Source: a virus
Lineage: Duplodnaviria > Caudoviricetes
Virus record (IMG/VR): IMGVR_UViG_3300032315_000109
Location: 1-53,264 of that record
Reading direction: 5' to 3' (one strand)
Length of the DNA: 53,264 bases
This document shows, piece after piece, positions 1 to 10,128 of the stretch. Position 1 is the first letter of the stretch, and the number at the start of each line of letters is the position of its first letter. Position numbers and translations under genes: made by a program. Under the pieces are notes generated by a model. That model worked only from the letters and a program-made list of their open reading frames with translations. It made no database searches and was not told the DNA's origin.

Positions 1-14
1 CCAGTTGTTGATCC
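1..14. repeat. Terminal direct overlap (circular assembly), copy 1
   Basis: CCAGTTGTTGATCC at 1-14 is identical to 53251-53264, and the reading frame is continuous across the join. Confidence 0.85.
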
Positions 15-3000
15 ATTGCCAAAGCTTTCGGAAGAAGCTGTAATTGCGGCAACTGATTTAGGTCGTAAATATGCTAGACCTATGCAAGATTTGTACAATT
101 ATGGATCAAGAAGAGCGCATCAGTTTTTTACTAATGGACAAAATTATGCTCGTAATGATGGCTCTATTCCAGTAACAGATGGTTCTACCACTAGTACAAC
201 AACACCAACTCCAGCGCCTACGTTTAATTTAAATAATAAATTATCAGGTGACTTTCTTTCAGTAAAGAAATTTTTACGACAACGTGGTTTTTCTGAAGGC
301 GGTATAGCTCATATGCAAGAAGGTGGAGTTCCACCAGAATCAGTCGTGCGTTTAAAGCCTATTCGTTCTTCTGACTCAGTTAACCGCGCTCGTGCTTTCT
401 TTGGTCAAGGCATGGGTATGTCTATTGGTGATGAAGCAGAAGCTTTGTACCGTAAATACTTAACTGATGAAGGTTCTAACAAGAGCTATGGTCAATTGGT
501 TGATGAAATTCGTAGCGATTACCGTCGATTCTCTGAAGAGAACCCAGAGCAGCAAATGGCTTTTGAACTTTCTGGTGGTATTGCTCCTACTGTAGGTGCA
601 ATGTTGTTGCCCGGAGGTCAGGCTGCGGCTGGAGCTAATACTGCTCGTATGGCTAACATGTTCACAAAAACTCCATTGCGTCGTGCTGCAACAGGTGCTG
701 GCGCTTCTGGTGCTGTATCAGGATTTAATGCAGGTGAAGATACATTGTCTAATCGTTTAGGCAGTGCTACCGAAAGCGGATTAACTAGTACAGTGCTAGG
801 CCCTGTCGTTGGTAAGGCTGGTCAACTTGCCCTGCGTGGTGGTAAGGGTGCTATAAACCTTGCTAAGCGCCCATTCCAGATTGGTGACAATTATCTTGAG
901 CAGCAAGCTATGGACAAGGTATTGGCAAAGATGCGTCAAGATGGAATAACACCTCGCGAAGCTGTTGGTCGTATTGCTAATGATCGTGGATACAATCCAA
1001 CTACTAGACCTGTAGGAACTCGCCCTGACACTCGCCTGATGGATGTCTCACAGGGATTAACTGACTTGGCTGAAACCGTAACGCAGAGACCCGGAGGCGG
1101 TCGTACTGCTATGGTTGAGGACATGAAGAATCGTGTTCGTGGCACTAAGGGCAGAGTCACACAAATGGCTAATGAGGCTCTAGCAGGTAACAAGGCTTAC
1201 TTCAAAGAAGTATCCGACCTGACAAAAGACTTGCGCTCAAAGGCTGATACTGCTTACCAAGCTGCATATTCTTTTGGTGATGTATCTGACCCAAGAATTA
1301 TGGGTATTTTAGATACGCCAGAGTTTAAACGTGCTTATCAAGAAATAATGAAGACTAATCAAATTAAGAAGGCTAATGCGGTTGCATTAGGTGAAGACCC
1401 TTCACAGTTTGATATGAAGCAGATTTATCGAGTCAAGCCCGGACAAAATCCTGACAGCCCTATTCTTGATTTAGAGTTGACTGATGTTCCTGATGTTAGA
1501 ACTTTGGACAACATCAAGCAAGGCATTGATACAGTTATTGCTAAAGGGTTTGCAAGCGATGACAAGATTAGCCGAGATGCAGCTAATGCTCTCAAGCAAC
1601 TGAAGAACACTTATGTAAGCATTATTGATGAGGCAGTACCTGCTTATAAAGTTGCGCGCAATCAATACAAGGGCGACATTGAGATTATTGAGGCATTAGA
1701 AACTGGTCGTAATCAGTATTCAAAAATGCTACCTGATGAAGCAATGCAGTATGTTTCTACATTGAGTGATGCTGAAAAACAGGCTTTACGTGTTGGCTAT
1801 GCTCAAAACTTTGCTACCAAGATTGGTGAGTCTAAGAACTCAATCAATGCTGCTGAGCAGATAATTGGTGCTGAGAATGAGCGTTTACGTTTAAGAGCAT
1901 TGTTTAACTCTGATGCTGAATACAAAGTATTTGAAAATGCTTTGATGGCTGAGTCTCGCAACTTTAGAAATGCAGGTCAAGTGGTAGCAAATTCTGCTAC
2001 CGAGCGCCGTGCTATGGGTCGTAAAGAGTTTGAAAACAATGATGCTGTTGGTGAAATACTTGATGCTACTCGCGGTGGTGTAACTAGCACTGTACTTAGC
2101 ATTTTGCGTAAAGCTCCATCACTGTTTAAGAATGAAAAAATAGCTGAGAAAGTAAGCAAGATTCTTTCTACTGGCACACCACAAGAAATTAATTCCATTC
2201 TAAAGCAAATGGAAAAACGTGCTGTTGGCTTCTCTAAGTCTGCAAAGACTAATGAGCGTGTTGGTTATGCAGGTGCTAAGGGTACTGGCAGGGCATCAGG
2301 TCAAACGCCTATTGCAGCTTCATATGAAGAGCCAGCTCCAGAGGAACTTCCATCAGCAATTGATCCAAGCTCAGAGGGTGCATTAGACCCGTCAGAAAGT
2401 GTTGTTTTTGATTCTCCAGAGATGGAACAACAAGACATGGAAGAGCCAGAGCAGGTAGAAGTTCCAATGGAAATGCAAAGATATAGGGGTGGTGCTGTAC
2501 GTGGTTATGCTGAGGGTGGTTCTGCTAGAGAAGCTAATTATGTTTCAGACATTTTAGACAGAATGGATGTTAGTGCTTATGCAGATCAAATGCAGCAAGG
2601 TAAAAACAGAAGTAAGTTTATGATGGGTAGGCTTGGATATCGTCAACCACTTGCAGATAACAGACAATTATCTGGTGGCTTATCTGGTAATGCTGTTGAA
2701 TATGAGGGTGAGGATAATCGAGGCAATAAATATCAGGGCAGCAAATCTGGTTTGACAGGCGCTGATTTAGCTTATGAAGATGAAAAGAACCGTCTAGCTG
2801 TTAAGTATGCAACTCCACAAGGAGAGAATAAATTATCATTTCAAGCTTTAGAATATGCTCGTAAGCTTGCAAATAACAAAGGAAATGTTGGTGGTCGTTA
2901 TTCTAGAATTTCTCCAGAAGGCATGCGCCGTGATCCACAGGTTGAAGTTTTCTATAACAGACAATTTAAAAATGGCGGAGCAGTAAATCAAAAAGCTATG

Positions 3001-3030
3001 CGTGGTGTAATGAAAAAAATGAGAGGTTGA
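1..3030 (+). CDS. C-terminal part of giant internal virion/ejection polyprotein (continues from 51472 across the origin; about 1602 aa in total)
   Basis: Frame 1 is open from position 1 (PVVDPLPKLS) and in frame with the ORF starting at 51472. Helical Ala/Gly-rich ejection-protein-like core with several xxGG motifs and a C-terminal beta-rich module. Confidence 0.8.
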   Translation, partial: PVVDPLPKLSEEAVIAATDLGRKYARPMQDLYNYGSRRAHQFFTNGQNYARNDGSIPVTDGSTTSTTTPTPAPTFNLNNKLSGDFLSVKKFLRQRGFSEGGIAHMQEGGVPPESVVRLKPIRSSDSVNRARAFFGQGMGMSIGDEAEALYRKYLTDEGSNKSYGQLVDEIRSDYRRFSEENPEQQMAFELSGGIAPTVGAMLLPGGQAAAGANTARMANMFTKTPLRRAATGAGASGAVSGFNAGEDTLSNRLGSATESGLTSTVLGPVVGKAGQLALRGGKGAINLAKRPFQIGDNYLEQQAMDKVLAKMRQDGITPREAVGRIANDRGYNPTTRPVGTRPDTRLMDVSQGLTDLAETVTQRPGGGRTAMVEDMKNRVRGTKGRVTQMANEALAGNKAYFKEVSDLTKDLRSKADTAYQAAYSFGDVSDPRIMGILDTPEFKRAYQEIMKTNQIKKANAVALGEDPSQFDMKQIYRVKPGQNPDSPILDLELTDVPDVRTLDNIKQGIDTVIAKGFASDDKISRDAANALKQLKNTYVSIIDEAVPAYKVARNQYKGDIEIIEALETGRNQYSKMLPDEAMQYVSTLSDAEKQALRVGYAQNFATKIGESKNSINAAEQIIGAENERLRLRALFNSDAEYKVFENALMAESRNFRNAGQVVANSATERRAMGRKEFENNDAVGEILDATRGGVTSTVLSILRKAPSLFKNEKIAEKVSKILSTGTPQEINSILKQMEKRAVGFSKSAKTNERVGYAGAKGTGRASGQTPIAASYEEPAPEELPSAIDPSSEGALDPSESVVFDSPEMEQQDMEEPEQVEVPMEMQRYRGGAVRGYAEGGSAREANYVSDILDRMDVSAYADQMQQGKNRSKFMMGRLGYRQPLADNRQLSGGLSGNAVEYEGEDNRGNKYQGSKSGLTGADLAYEDEKNRLAVKYATPQGENKLSFQALEYARKLANNKGNVGGRYSRISPEGMRRDPQVEVFYNRQFKNGGAVNQKAMRGVMKKMRG

Positions 3031-3031
3031 T

Positions 3032-6000
3032 ATGGGTAAGAAAAAGCTTTTAACGGAAGCGCTTGAAGGAGCATTGTCAAAGCTTCCAAAAGGTTCTTTA
3101 TCCTCTCAAGCAAAAGTTGCGCGCGAAATGGAACAGGAAGCTGCTGATCAAGCAGCTCTTTATACAGCGCAACCAATAAGCAATAAAACAGGTAAGGATG
3201 CAATAGCGCAAGCTAAGCAGACATTATCTGCGCCAAAATCCAAGAAGCCATTGACTAAAGAGCAATTCCAAAACCAATACGTTCAGCACATTGATCTCAG
3301 AGGTAGAGAAGGTAATGCCGAAGAAAATGCTAAGTCAATAATGGAGGGTGGGTTTAGACGTGGTGTAAATGCTAATGCATACACTCCATTTAGCGGTCTA
3401 CCTCATAGAGATGTTGTGAGTGCAAAGTTCCAACCTCAAGAGGGTGATTTTGTTTACTTAGCTCCAAAGGGGCAGTGGGTAACAACTCCTAATGGTGTGA
3501 AAATCAAAGAAGGATTTAAACCAGAGCCTCATGAGGTTATCAGAGTTACTGATCCTAATATGTCAATGTATGAGCATTACTTAGCTAACTTTGACAAACC
3601 ACAAAAAGGCGGTAAGGAAAAGTTCCTTGAGCCAAGTATGGTTAAGCAACGCCTGTATCATGGAACTGGCTCTGATATTTCAGAATTTAGACCAAATTCA
3701 TTTTTTAGTGATGACCCAAAAATTGCTGCAATGTATGCAAAGTCTCAACATAGAGCAGTAGAAGGTAGTGGGCCAAACATTATTCCTGTTGACGTTCAAT
3801 TTGAAAACCCTTATTTCCACGACGAAAATCAAGCAAGGAAACAAGGAAAAAACTTTGCACAAATAATTGCACCTGATGCTCCAGCAAAGGGAAGGCTTCA
3901 AGAGGCATTAAGAATTTTAAGAGAAAAAGGTCACGACAGCGTTATTCTTCAAAATTTTGATGATATTGGTGGTCGTCAAAATCAATATATCGCTCTTGAT
4001 CCAAGCAAAGTTAAGTCAGCCATAGGTAATCGTGGCACATATGATCTTAATGATGAAGACATAACTAAAGCTAAAGGCGGTCTTGTGCATCTCGCTAAAG
4101 GTGGTGTATTGCACCTTGCTAAAGGCAGCCAAGAATTCCCTGTTGGTAAGTATTACCGTGATGAAGCAACTATAGGCCCACTAAAGCCAGTTCGCCCAGT
4201 AGCTTCTTTTGCTGGTGATTTTTTGCAAGGAACTCACGACTTTGTTTCTAAACCATTTGGATATCCAAATCCACCAATGGAAATGTTTTCAGAGTTAATG
4301 ACTGTACCAGCATGGGCAAGAACTCTAAAAGATTATGGTAACGGTTTTTCATTAACTACAGGTGCTGGTCAAACAACAAAACTTACACCAGATGCAGAAG
4401 AAGCTGCATTAACCTTAGTGCCTTTAATTGGCCCTGCCGCTAAAACTTTATCTAAGGTAGGTAGAAAAGTAATTAAAGAAGGCGCTCCATATGCTGCTAA
4501 TCAAGCAGTGAATCTGATGGAGAAGTATGGTGTTAGTCCGACCATGAATGTGATTAAGCCTAAAGGCGGCAATTGGTCAACTGAGAGTAGTGCTATAAAT
4601 AGTTTAAAAATTAAAAGACCTGCTGACAAATCAGACCCTGTTAAAGTTTTAAGAGATCATGATAAATATTACAATCCTTCATTACTAAAAACATTTACAG
4701 AAGAAGGTCTAACTAATGCAGCAAATAAAAGACAAAAACTTGTTAATCAAGTAAATGTAAATGAGTGGATTGATAAAAAATTAAACAATTACCTAAAAAA
4801 TGAAATGGCAACACCTGAAGACTCAGTTCGTTTAGGTATAGAGCGTAGATATGAAGAAGCTCAAAAAATAAAAGCCACTAATGATGCAAAGCTCGCAAGA
4901 ATGCGAGATGCAATAGATAAGCGCAAGGCTGAAGGTAAAGACACAACTTTATCTGAGAGAGATTATGAAGCGGCAGTTGAAAAAGCTAATGAAGAAAATA
5001 TTTTTGCAAATAGAAGTATTTCTCATATGACTGCGCCTGAAGAAGGTTGGAAACCTTCTTTTGGTAATAACTATGTTTCTGATGAGCTTGCTTTCAAAAG
5101 GAATACAGCAGGTTATCCAGAAGAAGGTATGGGTAAAAATGAAGCATCTAAAACATGGGAATATATTAGTGATTCTTCAATTATTCCTGTTAAAGCAGGT
5201 TCAATTCCTGATAACTCTTATTCTTTAATTAGAGACCCATGGATAACTAAAGTTGCTGAAAAAGACCCTAACACACCAATATATAATCTGGATGATGCTT
5301 GGATTAGACATGATGCTGAGTTTAGTCACATGATTGATGAGCTTCAAGAGGCTATGAGTCCTACTTCTGTGTTGCCTCAGAATTTAAGAATAAGTGAAAA
5401 AGATTTAGCAAAAATGACTGTGGATGATGTATCTGCATTGTCTGGAAAAATTAGTGCATGGCGTGACATACAAAAAGTAAAAACCAATAAAGAAATTGCT
5501 AATAACCCAGCTACTTTTACATTCAAAGAGTACACAGAAAACAATCCTAAAGGTGTTAGTTGGAAGCAGATCAAACGACCAGAAGGTTATTCTGATGAAG
5601 AAGCAGAAAAATATGTTCGTGCAGCCACTCAATATGAAGGCGACATAATGCGCCATTGCGTTGGTGGTGCTGGTCATTGTGACCCATTGCTAGATGGTGA
5701 GGTTGAGATTTATAGCTTGCGTGATGCGAAAGGTGAGCCTCATGTAACTATTGAAGTATCTGCAAAACCAGACCCAAGAGTTAAGGGTAACACTCCTGAT
5801 GATTTTTATTTATCTTTGCCAATGGAAGAAATGGCAAAAGTTCCTCCAAAACCAAGAGTTACTAATTCTTCAGATATGGAGCAAGTGTATTGGAACAGAG
5901 CAATTGTTCAATCTCCACAGTATCAAGAATGGTTGAAATCAAGACCAAGAGAAATTTTAGAAATTAAAGGTAAAGCTAATGCAAAACCTAAAGATGAATA

Positions 6001-8344
6001 CTTGCCATTCATTCAGGACTTTATTCGTTCTGGTAAATGGGGCGCTATTGGCGACATTTCTAACACTGGTCTAAGGTCAGCAAGAAGCGTTCTTGGTGAA
6101 GGTGTGGTTAATGAATTGCGTAAACGTGGTGAATATGTTCCACCAGTTATGGGATTTGATGAGGCTGTCAAGTTCCAAGAAATGTACAACCCAGAAGCAT
6201 TTAAAGGCGTTACTAGCATAGATGATTACAGAAAAGTATGGGACAAGGGCGGCATGGGAGGTGATGGCTATGCAGAGGGTGGCTTAGTTGAGGATGATAA
6301 CAACTTGATGTCATTAGTTGACGAACATTTTTTAAATCAGCCAATGGCTTTTGGTATTGGTGGTATCGCTAAAAAAATAGCTGGCAAAGCTGCAAAGAGC
6401 TTAGAGAGTCAATTAGATGACTCTGTTGAAAAACTTCTTGATGCCCATACTGCTGCAAAAGCAAAGCCAAAAGCTAAAGCTAAATCAAATCCTGATGATA
6501 AATTTTTGCCTTTAGATTTGCCTAGAGCGCGTCGTAGCAAACAGGAAATTCAAAGTGAAGCAGAACGAGTTTCCCGTCAAATAATGGGTGAGCATGTTCG
6601 TGATCCTAGAAAGCCAAATGATTCTGCAAACCTTGCTGATAGATCAATGGCAGAGGTTGAAAGATTAAAAGGAATTAATTACACCTTAGAGGACATAAAA
6701 GACCTACCAGAGCCAATTATTATTGATCCTAAATTAGGTGACATTAACATAGCCACTGTTGGTGATATTACTGTTGCTGACAAACGATTAGTTGATATGA
6801 ATGGCTACCCAATTGAGTCAGTCCAACAGGGTGGCCCGTTCTTTGGTTTGGGCAAGCTTCGCCAGATGGGTGATGAGGATTTATGGTGGGCTTCTGAACA
6901 TCAAGCGGCTAAAAACTTTCAAGCAAGAGTGGATGAGATAGCTAATTATTTTGGAGTTGATAGGTTAACAGCTCAACATTTGGCAATGGGTCAAAGAGCT
7001 AATAACTTTGCTATGCATTTTGCTGATGCCAATTTAAAAGCAATCAATACTTTCGGTGCGCCAGAAGAAGGTATTGAGGGCATGAATAAATTAATTCGTG
7101 AAGGCTACTCATTAGCAGACAAAAAAACAGGAGAACGGAAATACTTTGCATGGCCTGACTTCCCCGGAGTCGAAAACATTGATGAGGCTTATAAGTATTT
7201 TAGACAAGACCCAGAGGCGAGAAAGTGGTTTAACGACCGCATGAAAAAACCATCAGTAACAGACAAGTTTGGTCTTCCAAATGGGTTGGACATTCAATAT
7301 GCAATTAGTGATGAAGTTCTGCGCAACATGGAAAAAAATCTAACTGGTCGTTCAGTTGGAGAGGTTTATAGAGGCTCTGGATTAAAAGACACTGCCAATC
7401 ATGGGACATATGACACAGGCATCAAGGGTAGGTTTCTTGGTAGATCAAAATACCCAATACCTGTAAAACTTAGTTACTCTGATGCATATGACTACACAGC
7501 AGCTAGAAAGCGCCCAAGTGATGTAACTGGCACTTTGCAAAAAGTAGCTCCTCATCAAATTGTTGATGATCAGTATTTAAATGAAATTGGAGAGTTTAAT
7601 TACTTAATCAATAAATACACAGGCAAGCGCAAGGGTGGCTTAGTTGATGATGATGACAAAGAATTAAGCCAAGAATATTCTGCCATACAAAGATTGCTTG
7701 GCAAGTATGCATACACCTTGGACAAACATAAAAGGTACAAGAGCGAAAAATACTCTGGCAAGGATGATGAGGTTGTTTCTCGTCGCAAGCCTTTTGATGA
7801 AATGACTGTACCGATGCCCGGAGACTTTAGGGGGAACACAATCAAGACTCCTTTTGGCGAAAGGTACAAGGATGACGAGTACAAACAAAACAATATGCCA
7901 GAGACTAATGAGGATGATATTCAGCGCAAGAAGGAGCTGCGGTACTACCAGAAGGGTGGCAGAACTACTGCCAAAGGCCGTGTTGAGCGCAAAATGTATG
8001 ACCTTGATGCTAATGAGCCAAATCGCATGGGAATTGCTCCCTATGGCTTGCGATATGCCCTCTCAGCAAGAGAAATGCCACAAGCCAAGGGTAAGGGCTA
8101 TATGGGTGAAATGCGTGGCTCTGAGGGGGTTGTGACGGAATATTCTTTGGATGACATGGATTTGGGTGCTTTCCCAAGTGTTACACCTAACCAGCCAAAT
8201 GAAAACCTTGATGAAATCAATCGAGGTAAGGTAAGTCATAGCACATATCAGTTAGCAAAAAAGTATGCTGCCATGCGTAAAAAAGCTGGGAAGAGCGCAT
8301 TTGCCCAAATGGACGAATTACGCTATCCCCAGCCTCAAGATTGA
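3032..8344 (+). CDS. Large polyvalent virion protein (1770 aa) with ADP-ribosyltransferase (ART-PolyVal-like) and PcfJ-like domains
   Basis: LYHGT...FFSDD...YA...NPY...DSVI...KVKSAIGNRGTYD (ART-PolyVal pattern); EGDIMRHCVG...IYSLRD.KGEPHVTIEV...EIKGKAN (PcfJ pattern); last gene of the virion operon. Confidence 0.8.
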   Translation: MGKKKLLTEALEGALSKLPKGSLSSQAKVAREMEQEAADQAALYTAQPISNKTGKDAIAQAKQTLSAPKSKKPLTKEQFQNQYVQHIDLRGREGNAEENAKSIMEGGFRRGVNANAYTPFSGLPHRDVVSAKFQPQEGDFVYLAPKGQWVTTPNGVKIKEGFKPEPHEVIRVTDPNMSMYEHYLANFDKPQKGGKEKFLEPSMVKQRLYHGTGSDISEFRPNSFFSDDPKIAAMYAKSQHRAVEGSGPNIIPVDVQFENPYFHDENQARKQGKNFAQIIAPDAPAKGRLQEALRILREKGHDSVILQNFDDIGGRQNQYIALDPSKVKSAIGNRGTYDLNDEDITKAKGGLVHLAKGGVLHLAKGSQEFPVGKYYRDEATIGPLKPVRPVASFAGDFLQGTHDFVSKPFGYPNPPMEMFSELMTVPAWARTLKDYGNGFSLTTGAGQTTKLTPDAEEAALTLVPLIGPAAKTLSKVGRKVIKEGAPYAANQAVNLMEKYGVSPTMNVIKPKGGNWSTESSAINSLKIKRPADKSDPVKVLRDHDKYYNPSLLKTFTEEGLTNAANKRQKLVNQVNVNEWIDKKLNNYLKNEMATPEDSVRLGIERRYEEAQKIKATNDAKLARMRDAIDKRKAEGKDTTLSERDYEAAVEKANEENIFANRSISHMTAPEEGWKPSFGNNYVSDELAFKRNTAGYPEEGMGKNEASKTWEYISDSSIIPVKAGSIPDNSYSLIRDPWITKVAEKDPNTPIYNLDDAWIRHDAEFSHMIDELQEAMSPTSVLPQNLRISEKDLAKMTVDDVSALSGKISAWRDIQKVKTNKEIANNPATFTFKEYTENNPKGVSWKQIKRPEGYSDEEAEKYVRAATQYEGDIMRHCVGGAGHCDPLLDGEVEIYSLRDAKGEPHVTIEVSAKPDPRVKGNTPDDFYLSLPMEEMAKVPPKPRVTNSSDMEQVYWNRAIVQSPQYQEWLKSRPREILEIKGKANAKPKDEYLPFIQDFIRSGKWGAIGDISNTGLRSARSVLGEGVVNELRKRGEYVPPVMGFDEAVKFQEMYNPEAFKGVTSIDDYRKVWDKGGMGGDGYAEGGLVEDDNNLMSLVDEHFLNQPMAFGIGGIAKKIAGKAAKSLESQLDDSVEKLLDAHTAAKAKPKAKAKSNPDDKFLPLDLPRARRSKQEIQSEAERVSRQIMGEHVRDPRKPNDSANLADRSMAEVERLKGINYTLEDIKDLPEPIIIDPKLGDINIATVGDITVADKRLVDMNGYPIESVQQGGPFFGLGKLRQMGDEDLWWASEHQAAKNFQARVDEIANYFGVDRLTAQHLAMGQRANNFAMHFADANLKAINTFGAPEEGIEGMNKLIREGYSLADKKTGERKYFAWPDFPGVENIDEAYKYFRQDPEARKWFNDRMKKPSVTDKFGLPNGLDIQYAISDEVLRNMEKNLTGRSVGEVYRGSGLKDTANHGTYDTGIKGRFLGRSKYPIPVKLSYSDAYDYTAARKRPSDVTGTLQKVAPHQIVDDQYLNEIGEFNYLINKYTGKRKGGLVDDDDKELSQEYSAIQRLLGKYAYTLDKHKRYKSEKYSGKDDEVVSRRKPFDEMTVPMPGDFRGNTIKTPFGERYKDDEYKQNNMPETNEDDIQRKKELRYYQKGGRTTAKGRVERKMYDLDANEPNRMGIAPYGLRYALSAREMPQAKGKGYMGEMRGSEGVVTEYSLDDMDLGAFPSVTPNQPNENLDEINRGKVSHSTYQLAKKYAAMRKKAGKSAFAQMDELRYPQPQD

Positions 8345-8393
8345 TGTACTATTTCGAGGCGGGAAACCGTACTAACTAGTCTCTCTACCTTAT

Positions 8394-8420
8394 GCCCCGC
8401 TCCCCTGCGGGGCTTTTTTT
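8394..8420 (+). terminator. Rho-independent terminator at the convergence of the late and early operons
   Basis: GCCCCGC-tcccct-GCGGGGC followed by T7. Confidence 0.85.
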
Positions 8421-8685
8421 ATGGTCGTTCACGAACAGCAGCAAGCTTTTTAGCTACCTCTGGGTTGAGAGAATTTACAACTTTGAAGCATTCCTCATAC
8501 TCAGCTTTAGCAATACGGTCACCTACTAGTGCAATCAGGTTCTCCGCAAACTCACCAAGATGTACCTCCTCAGCAATCAGAGGTTCTTCACGATCCTCCC
8601 TGCAACGCAGATAAGCAGTTCTTGCGTCTTCTTCATTAACGAATTTCTTCGCTTCTTCTAGGTGTTGATCAAGTTGTTTATTCAT
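8419..8685 (-). CDS. Hypothetical protein
   Basis: 88 aa ORF coupled to the upstream exonuclease gene. Confidence 0.7.
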   Translation of the reverse strand: MNKQLDQHLEEAKKFVNEEDARTAYLRCREDREEPLIAEEVHLGEFAENLIALVGDRIAKAEYEECFKVVNSLNPEVAKKLAAVRERP

Positions 8686-9451
8686 GATTGTTTTTTAGTT
8701 GCCAAAAGTTTAAAAGAGCGCAGAACATTAACCATCCACGCCGAATATCGTCTTCTGCCCATTCGTGTACAACTGCTAGTTCTGGGTTAGAGCGAGACAC
8801 AAACACATTTGCACACTTGGCTTTAGGGTAGCCTAAACCAACCCTATAGGCTGCAAGCTGCATCATGTGTTCATCATATGGCTTGACCTTGCTGATGTCA
8901 TCAAAGTCTTTTGTCTTGATGTCCATCACAATGCCGTCACCAGTACCATCAACCGCATGCATGTCGCACTTGCCGCCAAACCCCATCTCATGCGCAAATG
9001 ACCGCTCACAAATCCATTGTTGGTCACCAAAATGGAATGCTACAGCCTTTGTGCAGGAATCTACATGGTTAGGGTATCTAGACTCTTTATTGCCCTCATA
9101 GAAGCTCTGGATGGCTGCATGGATGTCTGTACCAAGATCAGCCGCATCACGACCCTGAGTCTTTGAATCTTCCATGATGCGCTTAATATAAACAGACTCA
9201 AGCTCATCTTGGTTCTTAGGCAAGGTTAAAGCAGCAAGCAATACCTGCTCTTGTAACCAGTTTGTCAATGCTGGCTTAGCAGCTACATTCAAGACGGTGG
9301 TAACCGAGGGGACAAGGTCATGCTCTCTGGCATCCCGCAATGTAGTGTTACGGGTTTTGCCATTCTTGCCGACGATTGTGTACCTTGGCTCACCACTTCT
9401 GCTATACCAATGCCCTGACTCTGATGAGTGTGTAGTGGCAATTAAGGTCAT
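8678..9451 (-). CDS. PD-(D/E)XK family phage exonuclease
   Basis: PSVTTVL, GTDIH, E...GGKCD...DIKT and QLAAY motifs. Confidence 0.85.
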   Translation of the reverse strand: MTLIATTHSSESGHWYSRSGEPRYTIVGKNGKTRNTTLRDAREHDLVPSVTTVLNVAAKPALTNWLQEQVLLAALTLPKNQDELESVYIKRIMEDSKTQGRDAADLGTDIHAAIQSFYEGNKESRYPNHVDSCTKAVAFHFGDQQWICERSFAHEMGFGGKCDMHAVDGTGDGIVMDIKTKDFDDISKVKPYDEHMMQLAAYRVGLGYPKAKCANVFVSRSNPELAVVHEWAEDDIRRGWLMFCALLNFWQLKNNHE

Positions 9452-9747
9452 TGTAAAGAGCCTTCAGGTGGAGTTGGGAGAATAACTTCTTCTTCTTTTG
9501 CTTTTTGAGCTGCTATTGCTTCAGCAAGTGCTTTCTGATCTGCTTCATATTCCTCTGGCAGGTAACGCTTTTTGATTTCCATTGCAACCATAAAGCGAAC
9601 ATACTCAGAGCTATCATTTGCACCAGCCGTATAAATATCTTTGCTACTCATGTTGAAATAATCGCGCTGTGGTAATTTCAACTCCAACTCCATGCTTAAA
9701 ATTTCCATGAACTCTTTTACTGAAACCATTATTTCTGCATCTGCCAT
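9448..9747 (-). CDS. Hypothetical protein
   Basis: Start placed at MADAEI after an AAGGAG RBS; 4-nt overlap with the next gene. Confidence 0.7.
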   Translation of the reverse strand: MADAEIMVSVKEFMEILSMELELKLPQRDYFNMSSKDIYTAGANDSSEYVRFMVAMEIKKRYLPEEYEADQKALAEAIAAQKAKEEEVILPTPPEGSLQ

Positions 9748-9757
9748 TTTTTTCTCC

Positions 9758-9895
9758 TTAATCATTTAACCAAATTTTATCAGCCCACTCAACAATTCCG
9801 ACATGGGCAAGATTAAAACAAACAACAACAAAAGCTACAGGCATTAATATTCCTGTCATAGCCACAAAAATACTTTTAGATAAAAATTTAATCAT
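9758..9895 (-). CDS. Small membrane protein (45 aa), not in the ORF track
   Basis: MIKFLSKSIFVAMTGILMPVAFVVVCFNLAHVGIVEWADKIWLND; ATGA overlap with the upstream gene; fills the gap in the operon. Confidence 0.6.
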   Translation of the reverse strand: MIKFLSKSIFVAMTGILMPVAFVVVCFNLAHVGIVEWADKIWLND

Positions 9896-10128
9896 TGATT
9901 TTCCTTTATGAGAGATTCAATCTCTTCAACACTCAAACCAGTTTGTTTGTGTATTGTAAGAATAATATCCGCCGTAACTTGGTAAAAACCAGACCGCATT
10001 CTGCTAACAGTTGCTTGGGATACATCTAATGCACGAGCAAGCTCTGCATCATTTTTAAGTTCACATGCTTGAATCAAATAATCAAACAAAGCATGTGGCT
10101 TATACGGTCTAGAACGGGATGTCGTCAT
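9892..10128 (-). CDS. XRE-family HTH transcriptional regulator
   Basis: DAELARALDVSQATVSRMRSG helix-turn-helix; likely start overlaps the end of the SSB gene (exact start uncertain). Confidence 0.75.
   Translation of the reverse strand: MTTSRSRPYKPHALFDYLIQACELKNDAELARALDVSQATVSRMRSGFYQVTADIILTIHKQTGLSVEEIESLIKENQ

Noticed and set aside
8678-9451. Cas4 or CRISPR system
   Set aside because: PD-(D/E)XK exonuclease without the four-Cys cluster pattern; no repeat-spacer array anywhere in the window
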